Position numbers and translations under genes: made by a program | Assembly (NCBI RefSeq): GCF_006345805.1 | Contig: NC_042998.1 | Span: 204,972,001-205,036,000 of the forward strand | DNA: 64,000 bases | Direction: 5' to 3' | Source of the DNA: Octopus sinensis | Taxonomy: Eukaryota | The notes under the pieces: model-generated | The model's database searches: none | What the model was told of the DNA's origin: nothing | The model's input: only the letters and a program-made list of their open reading frames with translations | Shown here: positions 1 through 11,827 of the stretch, piece by piece | Position numbering within the stretch: position 1 is the stretch's first letter | Layout: each line of letters opens with the position of its first letter

Positions 1-266
1 ATCGTTGGATGATGAGATCTATTGGTTTTGTTAGGTTTTTTTTATTTTCCAACCAAGAATAAAATCAAAAACTTTACCAAGAATATGAAACCAGGATGGG
101 TGACTCTCAGAATTTGTCAAAGACTCTGGAGATAAATCTGTGAGTCATGTTTGTTTGGTCTAAGAATTGTGTCTTTTAAACAGAAACAATTTGGTCAAAG
201 AGTTGCCAAAGTTTGTTCAAGTATTGACAGTATTCCTTGTGGTATTTGTTCATGTTCTGAGTTTAA

Positions 267-494
267 CCCTTTCGTTACCATATTTCTGTTGAGATGTTCT
301 GTGTTTCTTTCAATTAATTTTAAATATAACAAAGAATTTAGTAAAATAATTTAGTTATTATCATTAAGCTATCGTTAGGAACATAAATTGTGACTAAGGT
401 TTGGTGGAAGATTTTAATTCAAAACTTATGAAAAGGAGACAGTTGTAGCCAGAGCCGGTTTCAGCTGGTTTCAGCCGGGTTGGTAACGAAAGGG
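267..494. mobile_element. piggyBac-type MITE
   Basis: TTAA at 263-266 and 495-498; terminal inverted repeats CCCTTTCGTTACCA / TGGTAACGAAAGGG; no ORF; related copies at 18948, 25450 and 25702. Confidence 0.85.
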
Positions 495-569
495 TTAAAT
501 CCCTCTCAGGTTAGTTTTGCCTTTCATCCTCCCAGAATCAATAAATAAAATACCATTCCAATACTTGGG

Positions 570-570
<1 letters not shown>

Positions 571-636
<66 letters not shown>

Positions 637-706
637 CTCCCCCTCTCTCTCTCTCTCTCTCTCTCGCTTTCTCTCTCTCTCCCCCTCTCTCTCTCTTTCT
701 CTCTCT
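571..706. repeat. (CT)n microsatellite
   Basis: Direct read; explains the SL/RE-repeat ORFs at 517-829. Confidence 0.95.
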
Positions 707-1511
707 AAACAAGAAACCCTCTGTATTTATGCCTGGAAAGGGATGGAGGAGGTCTGTCATGTGTTTAATCCTTTCACACCCAAACCAGCCATATCTGGGG
801 CCCGAATATTCTCCCAGTTTCATGTACAAACTAGTCAGATCCCGCCTCTCACACCAACCCTACAACGTGTTTCTAAAGCTAAACAATATCACATCATCGA
901 AATCTCAAAGCCCTGAGATAATTCAAAACTACATTTGCCAGAGCAATCTGAATGCTAAAGGCTCAGGGTACTCAAGACACAATGGTGCCACCCCAATAAT
1001 TTTATCAAGGAGTTAAAAACCCCCACCCCACTCTAATTACGTCGTGGTAGAGTCATAACAACATTTAAAGTGCACATTATTGTCATTTTTCCCTTTTATT
1101 TCTTATTAATATTGTATTCTATAATAAAACTGTACAAATATCAAAGAACCTCTTCATTGTGTCAGTGAGGAGATTGTAGGAAAATCCAGTGGTACCCTGG
1201 CAGGGTTTGAACTGAAAACAGAATTAATTGCCAAAAACGATTTGGTTTGACATTCACCTCCATCATATTAGTGTTGTTGTTGTTGTTGTTTGGCGCCCCC
1301 AAGACAGTCTGGACTGAGTTGACCGGTGAGTAGAGGTGTTCCCGGGTTGACCATCCTGTCATTATGTATATCAAGACAACTCCATTGTCTCTTGTAATGA
1401 ATGCATGGCTCTATCGCTTACAGACGGAGACATGTGTCTGTGTGAGTGTATATATGTGTCTGCGTGTAGATGTGTTGACTATATGTGCATATTTGAAGGC
1501 ATACCATATTC

Positions 1512-1914
1512 GGATCTTTTCACTTTGACCGGCAGATTTAAAAAATAATTTCTTTGTAACTAAACACTTTTAAACTTCATATACTGGTAGAATGTGTCAC
1601 ATAAGACATCTTTTCCTCTTGGCGTTTTTGAGAAAATTCTGTAAATGGTGACAAACGAAATATACACAGCCGGAACTTCTTGTTGACAAACAGCAGCAGT
1701 AATTGTATTCACCTCAATAAACGTCATTGATTGGTCGAAATTGCCGAAATATGAGAAATTTAACAACAAATAGCTTACAAACTAGAGAATTTTTTCAAAA
1801 ACGCCAAGAGAAAAAGATTTTTTATGTAACACATTCTATCAGTATACGAAGTTTAAAAGTGTTTAGTTACAAAGAAATTATTTTTTATATCTGCCGGTCA
1901 AAGTGAAAAGATCC
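1512..1914. mobile_element. MITE with ~128-bp TIRs and 8-bp TSD (GG termini; Merlin-like superfamily suspected)
   Basis: TIR GGATCTTTTCACTTTGACCGGCAGAT... mirrored at the right end; direct repeat CCATATTC at 1504-1511 and 1915-1922. Element certain, superfamily inferred. Confidence 0.85.
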
Positions 1915-2104
1915 CCATATTCTAAGATGTATTAGGTTAAAAAAATATGGGAGTTTCTTATACATAAATAGTATTATAATCCCTAACAAAACCGTTTTTG
2001 CAAATTTTAAGCCCCCGAAATTAGGGGTTCCTTATACTCGTTAAAATATGGTACGCCTCTACGTCTGCGTGGTGTGTTTTATATACTCATCTGTTTACAC
2101 TGGA

Positions 2105-2420
2105 GGAGGCAGGTGACTTAATGGCTAGGGTATTCGACCCCACGATCATAACGTCATAAGTTTGATCCCCAATGCAGTGTTGTATCCTTGAACAAGACAC
2201 TTAATTCATGCAACTCCACTTAGCCAGCAAAAATTATGTTGTAATTCAAAAGGGTCCAGCCATGTTCCATTCTGTGTCACACTGGATCTCCCTGAGAACT
2301 CCATTAAGGTTACACGTGTCTGTGGAGTTCTCAGCCACTTACATGTTAATTTCACGAGCAGGCTGTTCCATTGTTTGGATCAAGTGGAACCTTCGTCATC
2401 GGAACCAATGGAAAGCCAGG
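2105..2420 (+). mobile_element. tRNA-derived SINE (family 2)
   Basis: Degenerate A/B-box-like head (TGGCTAGGG...AGTTTGATCCC); related reverse-orientation bodies at ~21170-21320 and ~27870-28130. Confidence 0.5.
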
Positions 2421-2470
2421 CTTATATACACATTGATGGACATTGATGGGTGTATTTCGCTTCTTACATC

Positions 2471-2523
2471 TGTGTGTGTGTGTGTGTGTGTGCGTGTGCG
2501 TGTGCGTGTGCGTGTGTGTATGT

Positions 2524-2554
<31 letters not shown>

Positions 2555-2594
2555 CATGTGCGTGTGTGCATGTGTGTATGTGAGTGTGTGTGTG
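2471..2594. repeat. (TG)n compound microsatellite
   Basis: Direct read; source of the VC-repeat ORFs. Confidence 0.95.
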
Positions 2595-2999
2595 ATGTTG
2601 TCAAGAAGTGTACTGGAATATATGGTACGTAATCAAATGTTTGGAGCTGAGCAGAAAATTTCCCAATCCACTTTTATACCCATCACGGTTAGACAAAGGT
2701 TACCAAACCTCCGGATGGGCTAATGTGTGGATTGTAGTAATAATAAACACAAAGGAACATAATTAGTATCTTAAGCTTCATCAGCATACACGTGTTTCAG
2801 TAAACTGTCACCATTACATTCATTAGTGAGGAGAAGGTTTTTGGCAGGGTTCCACAATCTGTGGTCTGGTGGTTGCTAAGAAATCTCGATGTTGATGGTT
2901 AGTTTTGAAAGCGCTGGAAATACTCAGCCTCAGAAATTCCATCAGCAAAGTAAGAATTACTAATGAGGTTAGTGAAGGATTTAGGGTGCTGGAAAGTGG

Positions 3000-3740
3000 A
3001 TCATTAGGGAATTTTCCAGGTCATAAGAGAAGAGTTTAAGATCAAGTGTCTGCAGGAAGTCCTGGGTGTCAGCGACCTAATTTTCATGGTTGAATTTGTT
3101 AAAAATTTGATTGAGAAATACCAAAACTGGAAGCAAAAGATTGAGAAACTTCAAAGTAAAACTAGCAAAAAGTCTTGGAACAGGACACATGTCTCTGGTA
3201 CCATCTGAGAAGTGGTCATGGTGCTTCCCAGCCATATTCACACAGTGTACCCCATATAAATTAGGAGTACCCTAGAGATATAGTAGGATCACAGACAAGA
3301 TGATAGAAAAGTAAGGTTTCATATGTGGCACATACACAGGACTCGTAGCACTCGGGAAAGAAGTTATTTGAAATTCTAAGAAGTTTCCATAGAAGGAGTT
3401 AAGAGCCTTTCTTACCTGGGTGACCCTCAATAGAAGAGGAGATGGGTGCTCTGAAAATATTGTAGCCAGAGCAAGAAGAGAGCAGGGAAATTTCAGGGAG
3501 CTATTACTTTTGCAGGTAACAAAGGGGTCACTGTTCAAGTGGAAGGGAGAATGTATGAGACTTGTGTATGAAGTGTGATGCTGCAGGGTAGAAAAACTGA
3601 ATGCAGGAAACTGCAAACGAAATAGGTGAGCTTGGTCTGTAAGACATGTTTGTGGGTTTAAACAATGAAGGACAGATGTTGTATCTCTGTGTGGACATGT
3701 TAAAAGCATTTTATCTCTGAGGAGAATCAAATGAGATTTG
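3000..3740 (+). mobile_element. RTE-clade LINE fragment (decayed post-RT region)
   Basis: Frameshifted similarity to the better preserved copy at 16080-16995 (YLGD...ARAR...FRELL...GRMYETCV). Confidence 0.6.
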
Positions 3741-4106
3741 AAACCAATCAAGTTGAGCCATTTTTTTGTCCATCTGGTGTCGTTGTTCAAAGAGGTTTAC
3801 TTTGATTTACACTACGGAGGGACAGACATTCTACACATACACATACACATACAAACACATCGTGGTTACACACACACACACATGTTTCATACATGCACAC
3901 TCACACACACACACACACACCACCACCACCACCACCACCACCACCACAACCACACAAACGACCTTAATATGAACTTTCAATTCTATAAGAAGAAAAGAGA
4001 ACGTTTTGTGAAGGGAAACAAAAGGGTTTTGTCTCGGCTGCTTTTTCATCTTTTTATAGAAGGGAAGTTAAAAGATGCAATTCATGTGTATGTATATATA
4101 TATATA

Positions 4107-4330
4107 CTAGCAGAACCGCCCGGCGTTGCTCGGGTTTGTTTCGACCCTTTAGAATTGGAATTTATGAAAAGTAAAAATTTTGCATTATGTAGCTTGTTAT
4201 TCTCTTTGAGTGAACATTTTTCTGGTTGAAATACACCGAAAAATGGCGATACAGCAGTCAAAAAATCGTAAAAAATAGGGATTTTCATAGAAAAAAAAGC
4301 ACCTTTTTGATGTAAATAATTTTTGGTGTT
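4107..4330 (+). mobile_element. Helitron/Helentron-like non-autonomous element, 5' part
   Basis: Starts ACTAGCAG...CCCGGCGTTGCTCGGG after (TA)n; same start at 7326 and 44252. Confidence 0.45.
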
Positions 4331-4451
4331 AACATGTCGTCTGGGTTCTTCCAATTCTTCGTGTGTCGGCGTCCATGCTCGCACCTGCACCTGTCTTGCT
4401 CCTCCCCTTCTTTCCCTCCCTCGTGAAGCTGTGGGGAAGGGGAGGGGAGGA

Positions 4452-4920
4452 AAAACACACGTCGTAAGCGTTGCCAAGGAGACCACCGTTCTTCTCGAAG
4501 AACGACTTCATGGCTTTGAAGTCGCCATGCTCAAAGCAGAGAATGGCGAGGAAAGCCGAAGACGAATTTACAAAATGGGGAAACACGCCACACAAAGGCA
4601 GGTTTCCGTGCAAAGAATTTGCACAACCGAATGTATTTTGTATTTATTAGTTGTTGCACAACTTTTACATAAAAAATATTATCCAAACACAAACTTTTGA
4701 AGACAATAAAAATGCAAACTTACTACTATATAGTAGCCCTTTGGCTGCTATTTCTAAAGTTTTCGGTATGTGGTCAAGCAACTTGTTGCAAAAACCCTTA
4801 TTATTATAATTATATAAGTTTTTCACCGAATATGGTCTTTTTCCATACCGAAATACTACTAGGTGAAATTTGTTGATTTTATTAAATTAATTATATTTCA
4901 CCCTATATCTGTAATGATAT
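4452..4920. mobile_element. Unclassified dispersed repeat 'X'
   Basis: Highly similar reverse-complement copy at ~52700-53187; several internal palindromes; no recognisable protein. Confidence 0.7.
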
Positions 4921-4936
4921 ATATATTTATATATAT

Positions 4937-5138
4937 AGTTAATCCAAACAGGAAAGCTCAAAAAAACACAACAACGCGAGGACGTGGAGCAAATATAGTA
5001 TTATTGGACCCTCAGGAAAGAAGGAGGGTTTAACGTTTCGAGCGGAGCTTTTCGTCGGAAACATAGGAGAAGGAAAGATCCAGAGAAAGGAAGACAGAGG
5101 GAAAAAATCGCCAACGGTACACCCGAGGTCACATTTTG

Positions 5139-5140
<2 letters not shown>
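4937..5140 (-). mobile_element. Repeat 'Y', Penelope-like terminal repeat with hammerhead-like motif
   Basis: Four copies (4937, 14950, 38546, 52422), each embedded in (TA)n; contains CYGACGA-AGAGC-TCC-GCTC-GAAAC. Confidence 0.55.
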
Positions 5141-5175
<35 letters not shown>

Positions 5176-5193
5176 ATATATATATACACACAA

Positions 5194-5233
<40 letters not shown>

Positions 5234-5259
5234 GAGAGAAAGATATGGAGATATATATA

Positions 5260-5603
5260 TATCTTGTCCTACATCTTGATGGCAAATTTGGAGTCCTAGT
5301 CACCACGCAGTGGCGCCCAGTTCTGGCATTTGTGTAACTCTCGATGCCAAAGTTTGGGACACGTCCCTCCAGGATCTTCCAGATGTGTATTATGGCATAT
5401 CTTTCCCGCCTACGCTCCAAGGAATATAGTTTTAATCTCTTGAGTCTTTCCCAGTAGCTTACATTCTGCATAGAGGCTATCTTCTTCGTGTAGCTACGCT
5501 GGATCGCCTTGAGCTCTGTGATCAACTTGACACTGGATGGTGACCATAACTGAGAGCAATAGTCAAAGTGGCTTAGGACAAGTGTCCTCCAGAGGACCAT
5601 CAT
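5260..5603 (-). mobile_element. CR1-clade LINE 3' fragment
   Basis: Translation ...SHFDYCSQLWSP...IQRSYTKKI...YWERLKRLKLYSLERRRERY matches the typical CR1 RT C-terminal region. Confidence 0.8.
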
Positions 5604-5709
5604 GGTTTCTTGTTCTCTTGTTCTAAAGGTTCTGAGAATCCAGCCAGCCAGCCGTCTACATTTTATTGCCAGTTTAGCAACATATACATGAAAGGTCGCG
5701 TCATCACAA

Positions 5710-6241
5710 CCGATTTTTTCCAGTAATAAAGTATCATATTGGAATAAAAAGGGCCATATAGCTCCTTGGACCAGACATGATGCTCGCTGTGAATTTAAAA
5801 AAAAAATTCCTGCAAATTTGTGAAAGATATTGTCGAAAATATGTCATCTTGAATTTGAACGCGATTTCCCAAAATGGCATGATTTTATCGATTTTTTTCT
5901 GATGGTATGGTATTGCATGGAAAACTAACGTCAGAATTAAGTTTCTTAGGGTAACATTAAGCTTCACCATGAGTTTGGTGAAAATCGATTGCAAGTTGCG
6001 AAAACTACAACAGAAAATGTGTTGCATATAAAAAGCTTAGATCCTCGACCCATGTCGAATTTATCGATTTTTTTCAGAACTGGGGGAACTTTTCAAAATT
6101 TTCGCTGCGTTAGTTTTGAATTATGACATTGAGCTATGTGTGTGTCAAGTTTCCTCAGAATCGGTTGAAAGCCGTGGTCAGGGTGAGGGTACAACCTGAC
6201 AGACACACAGACAGACAAACTGCCGTTTATATATAGAGAGA
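5710..6241 (+). mobile_element. Helitron-like (Lep1/DINE-1-type architecture) non-autonomous element 'A'
   Basis: 3' end TGTGTCAAGTTTCCTCAGAATCGG...(ACAG)n...TTTATATATAGAGAGAT; reverse-complement copy at 51339-51860. Confidence 0.55.
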
Positions 6242-6244
6242 TGG

Positions 6245-6383
6245 GTATATATGTGTGTGTATATATGTGTATATATATGTGTGTGTGTATATGTATATAT
6301 GTGTATATATATGTGTGTATATGTGTGTATATGTGTGTGTATATATGTGTATATATATATGTGTGTATATATGTGTATATACA

Positions 6384-6416
<33 letters not shown>

Positions 6417-6790
6417 GTAAAGGACTAAACTCTTTGTAGTTTGATCATTGGTGATCTACTTCTAGCATACGGCTGACCACTTAGTGGTTTTTTAGCCCTT
6501 TAAATATACACATGTATTAGAATTTTCTGTTTTTTGTATGCTAGGCCACTGGTTTTAAATTGATATTAATTAAATTAATATTCAATTTATCTCCCTCATT
6601 ATTAAAATTTTTATATATATGTGTGTGTGTGTGTGTATATGTGTTTGTATATATGTGTATATATATGTGTATGTATGTATGTGTATATATGTGTATGTAT
6701 GTATGTGTATATATGTGTATCTATATGTGTGTGTGTATACATGTATGTGTATGCATATATATGTATAAGTATACGTGTTTATATATATAT
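6245..6790. repeat. Two compound (TG/TA)n microsatellite blocks
   Basis: Direct read; blocks at 6245-6417 and 6615-6790. Confidence 0.9.
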
Positions 6791-6802
6791 GTTCATGTGC
6801 AC

Positions 6803-7020
6803 TTCATCATCATCATCGTCGTTTAACGTCCGTTTTCCATGCTAGCATGGGTTGGACGGTTCAACTGGGGTCTGGGAAGCCAGGAGGTTGCACCAGGCTC
6901 CATTCTGATCTGGCAATGTTTCTACAGCTGGATGCCCTTCCTAACACCAGCCACTCCGAGAGTGTAATGGGTGCTTGTTACGCGCCACCTGCACAGGAGC
7001 CAGTCAGGTGGCCATGGCAT
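6803..7020 (-). mobile_element. SINE/LINE tail with RTE-type 3' end and (ATG)n tail (family 3)
   Basis: CATCATC-GTTTAACGTCCGTTTTCCATGCTAGCATGGG...GGATGCCCTTCCTAAC. Further copies at ~14640-14915, 15895-16070, 21321-21660, 29005-29520, 29740-29935, 32270-32645, 35330-35460, 36760-36940, 39105-39415, 45000-45085. Confidence 0.75.
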
Positions 7021-7149
7021 TAATCACATGCGTGTGTGTGTGTGTGAATGAGTGGTGTATATGTATATGAAGGACTATGTCTGTATGTATGACTGTGAGT
7101 GTGTATATGTATACAGTCGTACGTCTATTTGAATATGTAGACATGATGT

Positions 7150-7320
7150 AGGCGCAGGAGTGGCTGTGTGGTAAGTAGCTTGCTTCCCAACCACATGGTT
7201 CTGGGTTCAGTCCCACTACATGGCACCTTGGGCAAGTGTCTTTTACTATAGCCTCAGGCCAACCAAAGCCTTGTGAATGGATTTGGTAGACGGAAACTGA
7301 AAGAAGCCCGTTGTATATAT
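7150..7320 (+). mobile_element. tRNA-derived SINE (family 1), 5' part
   Basis: A box TGGCTGTGTGG, B box GGTTCAGTCCC, CORE-like GGCACCTTGGGCAAGTGTCTT. Confidence 0.8.
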
Positions 7321-7325
7321 ATATA

Positions 7326-8508
7326 CTAGCAGTATCAACCGGTGTTGCCTGGGTTTGTTTCGACCTTTTAGAATTGGAATTTTTGAAAAGTAAAAATTTT
7401 GCATTATGCAACTTGTTATTCTCTTCAAGTGAACATTTTTCTAGTTGAAATACACCGAAAAATATACACACATATATACACACATATATACACTTATATA
7501 TATACACATATATACACACACATACATACACATATATATATACACATATATACTAACACAGCAGTCAAATATCATAAAAAATAGGGATTTTCATAGAAAA
7601 AAAGCACCTTTTTGATGTAAATAATTTTTGGTGTTAACATGGTCCGATTTGAATTTTATCTTCTACAGAATGAAGAGCAAGCCTTCTTCTATCATACTCT
7701 CAATTTTGGTCAACTTGCGCTGCAGGGTCTCGAAGGAGATAGTGTTAGTTGAAGGCTACCAAACCTGCCACACACAGACAACTTCAGCTTTATATATATA
7801 GATTTGATACACACTACTTTCCATCCTTAATAATGAGACTTGGTAGATCCAAAAGTTAAACACACAGACACACACACAGATATACACACAGACACACAAG
7901 TTGAGTTTTATATATATAGATTTCTCAACGGGGATTTCAGGGGAGAGTTTCAGGGAGTCGCTGGCGATGTATCGTGATGATCAAAAATCCGGCCTGCTAA
8001 GATTTGGTTAAAGTGATTCAAACTGCAGACTCAACGCAAAATAGTCACATTTAATTCAAAGCGTTAAAAATGTTATGAAAACAATTGGTATGTGTTCACA
8101 AAGTCCAAACGATTAATACAAAAAAACCCTCCAGGCTTCATCCTGAAAATTCATTTCTTTGCCGAATTTCTACAATGTTTATGGCGATTCGTTTTTGTAT
8201 CTTGATTTTTTATTTTTCATGCAATTTACGCATGCTTGCACACGTGGTGAACACAGTTCACGTCAAACATCTGACTGAGTAAAGTTCACTATTCAATGCA
8301 TGGGATAAGGTCTAAACACACATTATCGATTTTTGCACTTGCGAGATGAATTTCGGAACAGAAATAGTGCAGTTCAATTTTCATTCGCCTAAACTTTAAG
8401 TGACCCATTTTTGGTGGTTCTACGATTTGTTGGCTAGGAGGAGATGTGCCGGGAAGTTAAACACACGGACACACACACAGACATACAAGTTGAGTTTTAT
8501 ATATATAG

Positions 8509-8510
<2 letters not shown>
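7326..8510 (+). mobile_element. Three tandem Helitron-like non-autonomous units
   Basis: Units end at ~7802, ~7921 and ~8509, each in ACACACAGAC...TTTATATATATAGAT; the first begins ACTAGCAGTATC. Confidence 0.45.
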
Positions 8511-8539
<29 letters not shown>

Positions 8540-9686
8540 TGTGTGTGTATATGTTTGTGTGTCTGTGTTTGTCCCCCCCAAATCGCTTGACAACCAATGG
8601 TGGTGTGTTTACGTCCCTGTAACTTAGCGGTTTGGGAAAAGAGACTGATAGAATAAGTACTAGGCTTCCAAAGAATAAGTGCTGGGGTCGATTTGCTCGA
8701 TTAAAGGCAGTGCCCCAGCATGGCCACAGTCAAATGAGTGAAACAAGTAAAAGAGTAAAAAGAGTAAGAAATGCCTTGTACCCTCGAACCAAAGCAATAA
8801 CAAGAAGATGGGGAGACGGGGGTGGGGGTATGTTGGCCAAAATAAGTTTATTAAAGATAAAAATTTAAAAATGGATAAACAAAGAGAAGGATCTTACACA
8901 AAACACAAAAACTCTGTTCACAACTGATTATTAATGTTAATTAACTGAATAAATATTAATTAACTAATTGATTTGGTATCTATCAATATTATTGAAATTA
9001 TGATAGTGGAATTGGTGAGAATGGGTAGGGTGTTTAACGTCCATTTTTTATGCTTGCATGGATCGGAGAGAATTTGTTGAGACAGATTTCCTGCTGCTTG
9101 ATGCCTTTCCTGCCACTAACCCCCGACCAGACATATCTTCCATGACAGATTGGAAACAAATAACCAATATATATATATATACATATACATATATATATTT
9201 TCAGTAAAAACAATTAAGATTCAAGTGAATTCCAATGAATTCACATGAATGCAGTACTTAACTTAGATGCACCAGAAATCTTTATGGTATTAACCATAAA
9301 ATAATATGGGGTGATTATAAACAAGAAAAAAGCAACAAGAATGGATTAGTTGTTCAGTACAATTGTTTCATACGAAGAACAGATTTATTAAAAGCTGCAA
9401 ATATTGCAGCAAATACAAGTGTCCCGTATTCATCAGCCAAAACACATATGAGTTTTCCAAACATCCTAGGGGGTGAGGCTACACTCATGAAGTATCGAAG
9501 AGAGTTCTATGAAAAGCAAAGTTAGATTGTAAGCAGACTTCAAAAGTTCTCTAATGATGCACAGTTTTATAAAAGGTTTTTAAAAAAGTTTGTTAGCTTC
9601 ACAGAAAAGGTAAATCCATCCATAATAATGCAGATGTAATTTCCGGAGATATGAGGAGATATTTCATATATAGGAGATATATATAC

Positions 9687-9717
<31 letters not shown>

Positions 9718-9779
9718 AAGTAAAAAGTAAAAGAGTCAAAAGGAAGAGTAAGTATGGATAGGCAGCTTTTTAATAATCA

Positions 9780-10760
9780 CTACAAATGTATTGATGCATA
9801 CTTTTTACTTTTTATTTTCACACTCGAAGAATTTAGAACCGCTATTATTAGAAGTAAGAAGGTGAGGCTTGTGTAGGATGAAAGATTGCAAAGATAAAGC
9901 ATTGTAGAAGCACTTGAGAATGGATGAAACTGAAAATAGGTGGATAAAGAAAAGACTGCATGGTCAATTTCATATGGATGTTGAAGATAAGACAGACAGA
10001 GAAAAAAGATGGCTAAAAGTGATTTAAAACCAGAAATGGGGGCTCTAATCTGTGCTGCCCAAAAGCAAGCATTAAGAACCAATTACATCAAATACAGAAT
10101 GGACAACACAACAGAAAGTGACAAGTGCAGAATTTGTGGACAGAATGGTGAAACCGTATGGCATATTACCAGCCAATGTATGCCACTAGCCCAGAAGGAA
10201 TATAAGAGCCATCATGACAACATAGCAAGGATTGTCCATTGGACACTTTTGCAACAAGTATGGACTTGACAGAGCAAAAATGTGGTACGAACATAAACCC
10301 AAAGGCATCATCGAAAATGATAATGCAAAGATGCTATGGGATTTTGTGATTCAGGATGACCATGAGATAGAGAATAGGAAACCAGACATAGTGTTAATTG
10401 AGAAAGAAAGCAAACTATGCTGGATCATAGATATAGCATGCCCAGCTGACAACAAGGTATGCGATCAGGAAGAGAGAAAAGTCGAGAGATATGACAGGTT
10501 GGCTTGGGAGGTTAAGCAGTTGTGGTCGATGAAAAAGGTAGCAGTAGTAACAATAATTGTCGGAGCCCTGGGAACAGTGAACAAAAATCTCAAGAAGTAC
10601 GTGGAACAAATAGGGGCTGCAATGAGGGTGGAGCACTTGCAGAAAACAGCACTGCTTGGAACTGCTCGAATGCTCTGGAAGGTGCTCGAAAATAAGAGGT
10701 GTTACCTTAGTTCACTGGTAGTGAACAGCTGACACTGTAGTACATCTCCAGCGTTAGAAG
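9780..10760 (+). mobile_element. R4/Dong-like non-LTR retrotransposon 3' fragment (CCHC knuckle + restriction-like endonuclease)
   Basis: CRICGQNGETVWHITSQC; RKPDIV...IDIACP...KVERY; followed by a (TAA)n tail. Confidence 0.85.
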
Positions 10761-10789
10761 CTGTAATATTTATAATAATAATAAAGAGT

Positions 10790-11290
10790 GCATTGGGATG
10801 TTAGTAAAGTTTGTGGCTTCAAAACAAGAGAAAAGTGGTAAGAACACGAACCAGAATCTGTGATAGAAAATGTGATACACAAGATCTTGTGGTAAATCCC
10901 CATAAAACCTGGCCTTAGAAGTAAGAAGTCTGGATCTGATCACAGAGAAGAAAATAAACAGTGTAAGATCATAGGTTTTGTGATTCCCTATGAGAGAAGA
11001 GTCGATACCAAAGAAATAGTGAACATTGAGAAATAGCAGGATCTAGCTTGAGAACCGGGGAGATTGTGGGGGACCAAGACAACAATTATTTCTGTGGCAG
11101 ATTGGGACACTTGGCACAACACTCGAAATACTACCACAGAAAAAACAAAAAAAAAAAGAAAAAAAACAGAAAAGAAAAATCGGAAGAGATTGGAATTGAA
11201 AGTCACATTATCAACTTGCAGAAAATTACCATCCTGTATTCTGCAAGGTTCCTGAGGAAGATTCTTGAAATTTAAGAAGACTTGTTGCCA
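10790..11290 (+). mobile_element. R4/Dong-like RLE fragment (second, more decayed)
   Basis: Frameshifted WYEHEP...ILW...PDL...VIP...KEIVNIEK...LWG...IISV...LQKITILYSARFLRKIL. Confidence 0.6.
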
Positions 11291-11334
11291 CTTTACCTCA
11301 AAATAAAATACCTGCTAACTAAATTAGGATACAC

Positions 11335-11384
<50 letters not shown>

Positions 11385-11394
11385 TAAATAAATA

Positions 11395-11768
11395 ATGCTT
11401 TCTAATTGATGTATCAATACCGGCAGATGACAACGTGTCTCTAAAAGAAATGGAGAAACTCTCAAAATACAAAGACCTGGAAATAGAGGTAACCAGAATG
11501 TGGAATTTAAAAACAGAAACAATTCCTATCATAGTAAGTGCATTAGGCATGATAAAAAAATATTCAGACAAATACATAACAAAAACACCAGGACTTACAA
11601 ACACATATAACATACAGAAAATTGCACTACTAGGCAGTGCATACATCCTACGCAGAACACTTTCCATACAATAACCATCAGAGCATCACAACAAATCACA
11701 GCACATACCCAAGGCACACAGAGCTGCGCTCGGTAGTGAAGTGAAAGCACGATATAAAAAATATACTA

Positions 11769-11780
<12 letters not shown>
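11395..11780 (+). mobile_element. R4/Dong-like 5'-truncated 3' end
   Basis: CFLIDVSIPADDNVSLKEMEKLSKYKDLEIEVTRMW...LRRTLSIQ*; flanked on both sides by (TAA)n. Confidence 0.85.

Positions 11781-11827
<47 letters not shown>

Noticed and set aside
4323-4700. 125-aa ORF with plausible-looking composition
   Set aside because: Lies in dispersed repeat X and adjoining sequence; the N-terminal part is absent from the second copy; no known motif.
517-8868. Many 60-200 aa ORFs rich in VC, YI, HT, SL or RE repeats here and throughout the window
   Set aside because: They are translations of (TG)n, (TA)n, (CT)n and trinucleotide microsatellites, which lack stops in some frames.
9205-9610. Stop-free 88-codon frame (9262-9525) between a TTTTCAG acceptor and an AAG|GTAAAT donor
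   Set aside because: Joining acceptor to donor needs two frameshifts and read-through of a TAG; no recognisable motif; frames of this length occur by chance in 64 kb.
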